Shown here piece by piece: positions 46,796 to 55,673 of a DNA stretch of 55,673 nt. This DNA is from Thelocarpon superellum. Lineage: Eukaryota. The notes beneath the pieces were generated by a model. The model was not told where the DNA came from. It worked only from the letters and a program-made list of their open reading frames with translations, and searched no databases. Each line of letters opens with the position of its first letter. The stretch's first letter is position 1. Position numbers and translations under genes: made by a program. Location of the stretch: NCBI GenBank assembly GCA_026025795.1, contig JAPEUG010000005.1:62001-117673 (forward strand), in the 5' to 3' direction.

Positions 46796-49700
46796 TCCGG
46801 GCAAGAATGATATTGTTGTGCCTCTCGTTGCGCAAAACCCCCACGTACGGCTGAAAGGTAGAACATCTCATTCCTTGCTAGAACAGGCAAGTAATCCTGG
46901 TCTTTGCGCTCTCGACATGCCATGGATGACGAGACAAGGTTTCGTCTACAGCATCGATGCCGGGGGGCAGAGGATCGCATGTCACAGTTTCAAGTGTGTT
47001 CCGACATGACGGGCATGACAACCTCCGCGCACTGGCGCCACATCTGGCGCAGCACCGTCCGGGCGGGGGTCATGCGGCCACTTTGGACGACACCTACCGC
47101 GCCGACATTGATGACAAAGTATGGCGCAGGTGACTGGGTGATTGATGGTGGTGACGTGGATGGCTTCCGGCGTTGACAGCCCCCATTCAAGCGCGTGTGG
47201 CTGCACTCGCGGCCCCGGGTTCGGCTTCCGCCCAAAAAGCCGCTCACGTGTAGCCGAACTGGGAGGCGGCGGACGGTCGATTTCACACTCGGCCCAATTG
47301 ACTCAGGGCTCGCCCGGATCGCTATGGCGAGCGCGACCGTGGCCGAGGACGCGAGCGGCGATGACGGCCGATCGAGCCCTATGGAGGGAAAAGGGCCTGT
47401 CGGTCCATCATGCTATTATTCCTCGCTGACTTGAGTCAAGAGCCATCGGCCTTGCGGGACTAACCATCTTACCATGCGCCGCCTCCAAGCGGGCTGCATT
47501 GCGACGAAGCGGGCGAATGGTGGGCGGGTGACACGCGAGCGAAGCCTGGAGGAACGATGCCGCGGGGGAAGGGGGGTCAACGGGCTAGCGGCTGCGACTC
47601 TCGGTAGTGCCGATGCCGATCATGTCTGGTAGCGACGCGCCGATTGATCGATAGCGTCGGGGCGAAAGGGGAGGGGGGGAGGACAGCCCTCCGCGCCGGT
47701 ACGAGTCGTTGGTTGTTTGGGGGCCAACACGACCTTTACGCGGCACGACGGAGGTGGAGGGAGGAGGAAGCACGCGGGGAGAAGGGCCTCGACGTGGCCT
47801 GACAAACGTCCGGTACGCCGGTACGGTATCCCATACGGCGGCACATCGTACAAGTTCGCCGCCTGCCTGGCGCCGCGCGCACAAAAGTAGCTACCAGCAT
47901 GCACGCGTACTCTGCACGAAGGACCAAAAAAGAATGATCACGCCCGTGTTCCATGCACCAATGCCATCGCGCGTGCTCTGTCGGTGACCATGTCCATAGC
48001 GCCGGCATACGCCTAGGGCCAGGCAGCGTCATCCGATCGCCGTCGAGGCGGTCTGCACCGACCAAGCCCGGGCGGCACTGCGGGTGGAAGGTTTGGCATA
48101 CCCCGTAGAGGGTGAAGAATGTCGCCGGCCACGAGGACAGGCTGCGTGTGAGCAGCCATTGGCTGGCACAATTCCCCTGTGGACAAAGAGTAGTCCGTAG
48201 AGCCGTGCGTCCACCAACTCGGGAGGTCCTGAATAATCTACAATACTGCGGGGGTCGAGGTGTGGGGGGATGGGGAAAGATTGTACTGGCCAACCGTTGA
48301 AATCGGAAATTGCAGGTGCCACCTCGTGCGAAAGTCAGAGTCGGCCCTCTGACACGCCAAGTTGTTGGTTTGGCCGCGCTCGTTGACCGGACCCTCCACT
48401 ACCGCTGTGCACCTGTCACGCCGGGACAGAGGACACACAACCAGGCCACTTTACCTCCGCGAAACACGCCGGCGCTCTTTGTCCACGTTGCCGCCATCGG
48501 CCGATGGTGGCCGCCGCGTGACGCCGGTGGTTGAAATGCAAAAGTGGCTAAGCCACTGAAACCTCCGGGTGCAGATCGTCGTGTCGCATGCTCGTCCGAC
48601 GAACCGCGAGCATGATGGACCACGCATTCCCTCTGTATCCCTCTCACGCGTGTGGTGGCTACGGTCGCTGCTCTTGCGCCTGCCGTGGCTGCTGCAACAT
48701 GCTCTCCCATGCGAGAGGTGGGTCAGCGTGATGCAGGACGCCACCCTCTCGCTACCACTGGCTTCCATTCTTCGCCGGCGATGCGGGTGACTCCAACTAC
48801 TAGTTGTCGAACAACGGTACTTCGTACCAACTGAAGCAAGAGGGAAACTCTCGTCCAGAATGATCTCGACCCACCCAACCCACCAGACCCCGGTTGCCCT
48901 CTCACCCTTTTCGGCCCACCACCACCGCCTATCGCTTTCTGGCAGCAGGAATAATCTGATCGGGCGAAACATCCGTTGGTCCTCTTAGCGCACCCGACAA
49001 CTTATGCCGGTCCTCGTTGTCAAGCCTGGAGCGCCTGAGATTCCGGCGGGCCGGGGAGGGGTTTGCCGTCCGACGGAGCGGTCGTCGGCATGACGTCTTG
49101 GACTGAACCGTGGTCACGGAAGGGAGGAGGAGGCGACGGTGAGGCTTCAGGCGAGGGTGCCACTGCACACGCCACGCCGTCGTCGGATGGCGCTCTCTTG
49201 CATCATCCCCAGGCCCAAAGCAGTCTTCCGGTCATGCTTCCTTCGCAAGCGAACGCGAGGCGCATGAGGGCGAGGGCGTTGGAATGGTGTTGGTCCGTCC
49301 GGCCGCAACGCACCCACCCCCCCTCTCATCCCCCCCCGGTCGACCCACGCCCTAGGCCGTTTCCCTTTCTTCGCCAAGATGGAGAAAGGTGTTGCCGCCT
49401 GAAGACACGCGGATGGTAGCGCTTGAGCTTGTCGATCGATCGGGCCTTAGTGGCGCCGTAGTGGAGTCCTCGACTTCTAGAAAAACTGCGCGCGCAGCGT
49501 GGGACGCGGAGAGGGAACCAAGGAAGCCGCTAGGTTTCTGTCGGCACCCTACACTAGCCCGTCGCCCTGGTGCCCCTCGCCGCCTCTCGTCCCCATGGTC
49601 GCGCGCTGTGGCGCCGGTGGCCCAGGGTGTCTCACGTTTGGGCCCATTGACCGGCGCACAGCAACGCAGCGCAGCCCAGCACGCGCGCAGCGCAGCAGGT

Positions 49701-50924
49701 CGGCATCAGACACGGGATCTGCAGTTGTACTCATCCTGTTCTCGTCCGGGTGTCGCTTGAACGTAGCGAGCGAGTCATTGGCGGTGCCCGTGGGCGAGGG
49801 GGACGGGGGATGGGAGGCAAAGCGCCTGGGCAATGCCGTGAGCACACCCACCGTTCGCCCACATTCGCCCACCCGCCAACCAGCGGTGCCTTTCCGCCGC
49901 CCGCCGCAGGGCTGCGGCCAAATCCTCGGTCGCTTCAGGCCGGATAATAATCCTAGACTTTCCCTCCCACACACGCACCACACGCACCTGGACGGGTAAC
50001 ATAGCCGTAGCATCCCAAACGAGTCGCCTACACGCAGGTGGAGGTGCCGTGTGGTGTGCGCCACGAGTCGTGCCCATTACTCGTGCTCATCGGCCCAAGC
50101 CCGCCGCGCCCATCACTCGCCTCGTCTCGTCTCTTCATCAGCCCGCGCACCCGCTCGCCGCGACTTGGGGGACCGTGGCGACGTTGTGGCCCTACAACCC
50201 TCATCACTTTTCTCTCCTTCCTTCCGTTCGGCATCGTGGAGCGTCATCACCCCGTCCACACCTGCTCCTGAATTGTGGAATTTCCTTTCTCATCGGCTCT
50301 CCAGCACGCCGTCACTCGGGTCGTTCGTCGTACGACTCTTCTAGCCCATCGTCGCCCGCGAACCACGCCACGGTGCACGCCCTGCTCCAGTCTCTATTCG
50401 GCAGGTCGGCGGCCGTACATGACCTTTTCTTGCCACTCTCGTCCACTTCCTCCGACGGTCGGCCTCCGCATCACATCAGCCTGCGCGGCCTTGCCTCCAT
50501 TCACGCTGGTCCAGCTCCATTGACTGGAGAGCCCAGGCCGTCCCGACCCGGGCCAGGATCGCGGTCCGTTATCCGGAAACCACTCCCTCCTCCTCGCTGC
50601 CCGCCCCCACCTCTCATCTGGTGTAACGCTGCACCAGGTTCGGGCTTGCCAGCGTCGGCGGTCGACACCAGCCTGCAACAGGACCTCATTGGTCTCGCTC
50701 CACGTCCATCACACGAGGGGCAGCGGACAACTGCCGCCGCTTTTCGGAGCGATTGGGCCTCGTCCCACTGCATGCGACGTGAAGAGGCAGGGCGAACGTC
50801 CATCCTCGGGCTACGGGCTACGACCGGCGGCTACGGCTACGGCTACAAAGCTTCGGTCCTAGACACGGCGACTCGACGCTCACCCACGGGAGCAACGAGT
50901 TGGCTGCTTGGTTGACCGGGCGCC

Positions 50925-52037
50925 ATGATCAGTCGGAGGTCACAACGCCCCTCCGCACGAGACTTCTCATTCTCTCCCCGGGAGACCTCGCCCGGCCTCT
51001 CGGTGTGGTCCGATTGTGACGCCGACGACGAGAGCACCATGTCGTCCGAGGACCAGACCTCCGCGCGGTCCCTGACCGTCAACATCCCCCAGTTTCCCCT
51101 CTCCACTCAACGCCCCACCTTGGCCGAGATTCTATCGAACACTGCCCCACCGCCATGGACGCTGTCAGCCTTCATGGCCTACCTGTCACAGAACCACTGC
51201 CTGGAGACGCTTGAATTCACCATGGATGCCTCCCGATATCGACAACACTTTGACCAGATGGAGCCTTCGGGCCCGGCCAGTGCCGAAGGCTGCGAATACG
51301 TCAAGATGCTATGGCGACGCCTGCTGGATGCCTACATCATCCCGGACGGTCCGCGCGAGGTCAACCTGCCCAGCGACGTCCGAGACCAATTGCTATCCCT
51401 CTCGAACAGCTACGTGCCGCCCCCGCCCGACTCGCTGGAGCCGGCGGTCAAGATCATCTACGACCTCATGGACGAGTCCGTTCTCGTCCCCTTCCTCAAC
51501 CACGTGTCGGGGTATCGGGCAGCGACCTCGTCGCCCAGCCTGGCGCGGAGTTCGGACGAGGACATTGAGATGCAAGGGAGCGGAGACGAGGCCTCCAATG
51601 GTCGATCGTCACGAACGCGACGGGGCCGTCGCGGCTCGTCGCCGCACTCGGCACATTCGGTCATGGAGTTCGTGGCCAATTCCTTCTCGTCGTCATCGAG
51701 CGGTCACCAGAAACGGCCGTCGCGGACGTCGAACGTGACCCCATCCGGCTTCGGTCGCAGCAGCCGGCTCTCGCCGCGTCCCAGCAACAGCTCGGATAAC
51801 CTCACGGAGGATGTCAGCAGTCCTGGGAGCCCCGGGCACGAGCCCATGACCCCGCCGACGACGCCGCCGACGAGCGACGCCGGTGGGGTCAGCCCAACGA
51901 TGAGTCCTCGGTCGCGGGCCGACGTGACGTGGAAGCGGATGACGGGCAAGCTGGGGTTCAAGAAGCCATCGCGCAATGGGCTCCACCGTGACGGGCGCAT
52001 GCCCGGCATCGACAATGACACGGGCGCCATCTTATAG
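50925..52037 (+). CDS. rgsA: Regulator of G-protein signalling, RgsA/Rgs2 type
   Basis: RGS domain RPTLAEILSNTAPPPWTLSAFMAYLSQNHCLETLEFTMDASRY...YIIPDGPREVNLPSDVRD...LMDESVLVPFLN, followed by a Ser/Pro-rich tail with PMTPPTTPP. Confidence 0.88.
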   Translation: MISRRSQRPSARDFSFSPRETSPGLSVWSDCDADDESTMSSEDQTSARSLTVNIPQFPLSTQRPTLAEILSNTAPPPWTLSAFMAYLSQNHCLETLEFTMDASRYRQHFDQMEPSGPASAEGCEYVKMLWRRLLDAYIIPDGPREVNLPSDVRDQLLSLSNSYVPPPPDSLEPAVKIIYDLMDESVLVPFLNHVSGYRAATSSPSLARSSDEDIEMQGSGDEASNGRSSRTRRGRRGSSPHSAHSVMEFVANSFSSSSSGHQKRPSRTSNVTPSGFGRSSRLSPRPSNSSDNLTEDVSSPGSPGHEPMTPPTTPPTSDAGGVSPTMSPRSRADVTWKRMTGKLGFKKPSRNGLHRDGRMPGIDNDTGAIL

Positions 52038-53059
52038 CGTGAGGAGGTCGCAGTTGCGACCGCCACCATGAAACGACTGGCCGTGTCCCCGCCAACATCA
52101 GAGATTGATCTGTCACGGCCGTTAAAACGACGAAGACTGCTCCCACTGCTCTTCCGACGGAGCTCATCCTTGGGTTCCAGCCACCCCTCCCTTCCGTACT
52201 GAACGACGTCCGATGAACGCTTGTCAAGTCCCGCCCATGAATTCTACGATCTACCCATCTACCCATCATTTAGTCTGCACGACGCAGATGACGCACACGA
52301 ACTAATCATTGTCCAAACTGTGACCATCATCTCCCCGCCCACACCACCGACATCCGCACCCCGCTCATCTCGAGCGACCATCTATCATCACGCACGCTGG
52401 CGTTTTACTCATGGTGGGAGTGATTTGATTTCGACATTGAGCTGCATTGATATTCGAGTCGGGCTAGGGAGAGCATGTTCTTTTGAACGATTGATCGTTT
52501 GATTTGATATTACGAGGCTAGATTGGGAAGGATATTGTGATTTCACGCGTGACGCGACGTTTTGCGTGGATTTTTGGAATTCATCGGCGGCGCGTTGCAT
52601 CATCTCGTCATTGTCATCACGGCTCCTTTCAACACAACTACCACCTACCACGTTATTACTCTTATTTTTCGCGTCGCCTGAGAGATCAGAGGCCCAAAGG
52701 CCAGAGGCTAGATGCCAACGGCCGGGGCCGGGGCCGGGGCGGCATCTGATCACATGGTTCCCTTCCGTCATGCGTTTTGTCCTGTCCTTTTTCTCATACT
52801 CCTCATTGTCTTTTACCCCCTCGACCTGCCTTTCGAGAGAGTGGCATGGTGGAGGAGGCACGGAGGTACACGGGGGGATGCGAGACTGGACTCGAGCATC
52901 ACCATGACTACATGTATAATCATCCACAACCTCCTTTAACGAATTGACGGGAATGACGCTTGAGAATGAATGAGCTGGACCACAAACAAGTACGAGCTCC
53001 GTGGGTATGAATCAGTAAATATCTCAACGTGGCATGGCGATATCTACGGACGCTACAGA

Positions 53060-54704
53060 TCAAGGCGTACGAAACACAATTTCCAAAACAGCCATGCCAC
53101 TTCCAGGCGGCACGTTGGCCGCGACGAAGTGGAGCCGCGAGTCCGCGGCGTGGAAGAGCGCCCTCCACATTGCCAACGTGCGTTCGTGCGCGTTGCAGAG
53201 GACGAGCGTTTGCATGTCTGATACCCTATTTCTCTCTCACCGTCGCATCAGCATCGGTCGCTTCGATATTATTGATCATTATAGGTGAGGGGCATCCAAC
53301 GGAGGGTGGAGGGTGGAGGGTGGAGGGTGGATGGTGGAGGGTGGATGGTGGAGGGTGGATGGCGGAGGGTGGAGGGAATGGCAAGAGGGGGATGGGAGGA
53401 TAAATGAGGACGAGGAAGAAATCCCCAACCAACCCACCCACCTCTTGAGCATACTGAGATGATCAGGCACTTCATTGGGTTCAGGCAGGACGAGTTCGGT
53501 AACGATGATACGATCGCCGTCTCTGAGGGCTGGCAGGAGAGCGTGGATCATCTTGACGCAGTACGGGTCGCTCCAGTCGTGGAAGATGGCGCGGAAGAAG
53601 AAGACGGCGGCGTCGCGCACCGGTTGTGGCTGGAAGAAATCGTGCGCCATGAAGCTTATGCGGTCCTTCAAGTCGCTGGGGATCAGCGCGGCCGCGTTCG
53701 GCTCCACCTGTGGCATGTCTTGCACGACGAAAGTCAACAGGGGAAACTCTTGAGCGAGCGAGATGCTGATGTGCCCGCCTGAGCCGCCGACCTGGGTGAA
53801 GTTGGGGTCTTTGGAGGCGCCTGGGTGGGGAAGGAGTGGGGGGGTGGGAGGGGTTGGGGAGAGGGAGATGATGCGGACCTACATCGACCACCTTGGCTTT
53901 TCCCAAACTCGCCCAGTCGAATCCACGATTGACAACACTGGAGTTATATGCGAAGCCCGAGGCAAGAAAACCCATGGCTTCGCTGAACCGCTAGGCACGA
54001 GCAGGTTCCTCGCCGTACGACAGCCACAAGGTCCTGCTAAAGGCCACCTTGTGAGCAGTCTCTGCGGGCTCGATGGAATTTTCGTAGGTCTTGAATGCCT
54101 TGAGGAGCTTGAGACTGGCTGGCGCGGCCTCGTACAGATTGTGGTCCAGCCACGCCTCGGCCAGCGGATTCAGGATGACCTTCGACGCCGCCGTGTGCGC
54201 CACTTGACCTGGTTCCGGCTCAGCGAAGATGCGTGACGGCACCAATACTCGGATGACGCGGTGAAGACGGTCAACGTCCAGTTGAGCATGGTCGGCCAAT
54301 TTCTCAAAGGAGATGGTGCCCGAGAGCGGGACCAGTTCGGCGATCCCGTAGTCACTGATAACTCGTAACGCTGCTAAAGTGTGCTCCATCTACGACATGA
54401 TCAGCCTTGAGAGATCTCCCACCAGGAGTGATCCGGCGTTGGGTATGCGCACGAGAAGGGGAAGAAAGGCAATGGGGTCCTTGCGTCCCATTGCCAGGTC
54501 ATAAAGGGCCGTGCTGGCCTCGAGCAGTTTCAATCGGTTCTCCTGTAGGCCTGGATCTTGTTCCACAATGGGAAAACTATCTGGGCCGTCGGCCGCGAAC
54601 GTGGGACCAGGCACGCCATGCTCCTTGAGAGACCTTTCGATCGACGACACGCTCGCCGATACTTGCGATGCAAGATCCGTCACTGAAGGATGTGGAACAG
54701 CCAT
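53060..54704 (-). pseudogene. SAM-dependent O-methyltransferase (class II, secondary-metabolism type) with an in-frame TAG; probable pseudogene or null allele
   Basis: Four exons with canonical splice sites. Motifs FDWASLGKAKVVD/VGGSGGH, FVVQD, AHDFFQPQP, FRAIFHDWSD and DMQTLVLCNAHER. Exon 2 reads EEPARA*RFSEAMG, with TAG at 53991-53993. Confidence 0.8.
53301..53377. repeat. 7-bp G-rich tandem repeat (GGAGGGT/GGATGGT)n inside the last OMT intron
   Basis: Directly visible; makes this intron about 215 nt, against 45-100 nt for most other introns in the window. Confidence 0.9.
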
Positions 54705-55185
54705 GGTGGTCCAGGAATCAGAGTGCGGATACAGAAAGAAGGAAAATGTCCAAGGGCAGCACTTGTATCGAACAGGACCTCCTCGTCGTCTCTATGTGCC
54801 CCTCCACCCACGGCTCCTGCGTGTCAGCCGCCGAGTCGACATTGCCCACGGCCATACCTACGGTCGTTGGCGAGTAAGCACCATTCAGGAGGGGTAAGAA
54901 CCGGTGGTGAATGGGCCTGCCCGCGTATGCCGACCAAGGATTGGAAGCCTTACTAAGGAGCATTAGGCATGGTTCCATCTCGTGCTTGGCGTGATTGGGT
55001 GAGGCTGATGTCATGAGGCGGCAACGGCACATTCAGCCATAGACGGACTGGAACTGATGAGCAGAAAGTAACGTTCCTCGGGGACGTTTGGCTACCCATT
55101 GTATTAGTAATGTTGGTACTTTGTACCATGATCCCGCCACAGCTCGTTCTGTGCTGTTCAGCGAGATATGCGAGTGAATTAATAT

Positions 55186-55274
55186 TGTAGGAATCAAAGC
55201 TGAATTGCTGATCTACATGTAATCGGGATGGTGATAGGAGTGGGCACGTGACCAGATCACATGCGCGCTCTACA
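55186..55274 (+). mobile_element. 89-bp miniature non-autonomous element, copy 3 (1-nt deletion in the right end)
   Basis: Ends TGTAGGAATC...GCTCTACA. Direct repeat ATAT at 55182-55185 and 55275-55278. About 88% identical to copy 1 by manual alignment. Confidence 0.85.
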
Positions 55275-55336
55275 ATATTAGCATTTCTCCCTGATGTTTT
55301 CATTGGCCCCATTCATGGCATTCAGGCGATTATGAT

Positions 55337-55673
55337 TCATCCACTCATCTTATATCCAACCTTGCCAGCGCTCAAATCACCCATGACTACGGCAACGACA
55401 GCAGAACATTGATCCCCACCGCATTCCCAACATGAGTCATCATCGGCGAGAAAAACATTGCCGTCACACATCCCGAACAGACGAAACCAATCGGTCACTT
55501 CCAAAGGGGGTGGGCTCTCCATCCTCGTGTTCGTCAACAATCGTTCCGCGTCCAAGACCCAGTAGATCCAGAAATCCATCAGCCCAGTGGAAAGACCTCG
55601 ACTCAGGTCGGAGATGATGTGGGATGCATAGTGGCGACCAAGGTGCTGGCCACCTTGACTCGTTCCTCGTAGA
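55337..55673 (-). CDS. Possible 3' end of an unidentified gene running off the window
   Basis: The reading frame is open from the window edge to TGA at 55337 (...LMDFWIYWVLDAERLL...). No recognisable motif. Confidence 0.35.
   Translation of the reverse strand, partial: LRGTSQGGQHLGRHYASHIISDLSRGLSTGLMDFWIYWVLDAERLLTNTRMESPPPLEVTDWFRLFGMCDGNVFLADDDSCWECGGDQCSAVVAVVMGDLSAGKVGYKMSG

Noticed and set aside
50049..50915. 288-aa ORF directly upstream of rgsA as a separate gene or N-terminal extension
   Set aside because: Starts at a non-ATG codon, has low-complexity Pro/Ser/Arg composition and stops just before the rgsA ATG; most likely 5' UTR.
53991..53993. Alternative genetic code (TAG reassignment or pyrrolysine)
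   Set aside because: TAG is the normal terminator of RQC1, metR and rgsA in the same window, and this is a single isolated case.
13468..54704. Secondary-metabolite cluster linking the monooxygenase and the O-methyltransferase
   Set aside because: They are about 38 kb apart, separated by housekeeping genes, and no PKS, NRPS or terpene synthase is in the window.

Overview
Gene-dense, GC-rich eukaryotic DNA from a filamentous ascomycete (Pezizomycotina-type), with short GT-AG introns and CTRAC-type branch sites. No CRISPR array, rRNA, tRNA or autonomous transposon is visible. About 20 protein genes are supported: RQC1/TCF25, PP2C PTC5, TatD, bZIP MetR/CYS-3, kinetochore CHL4/CENP-N, a TetX-like FAD monooxygenase, PalA/RIM20, POF1-like NMN adenylyltransferase, a Ser/Thr-rich secreted protein, SOK1/TCP11, RTT106, polynucleotide kinase/3'-phosphatase, MED18, YMR31/KGD4, RUS1/DUF647, RgsA, an O-methyltransferase with an in-frame TAG, and several hypothetical genes. 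The most striking unexplained structure is a 90-bp miniature mobile element present three times (2527-2616, 19041-19130, 55186-55274). It has TGTAGGA...TCCTACA termini, a different perfect 4-bp target-site duplication at each site and an internal double E-box palindrome, and every copy lies upstream of a gene. Family assignments come from recognising motifs by eye, and exon boundaries were inferred manually.
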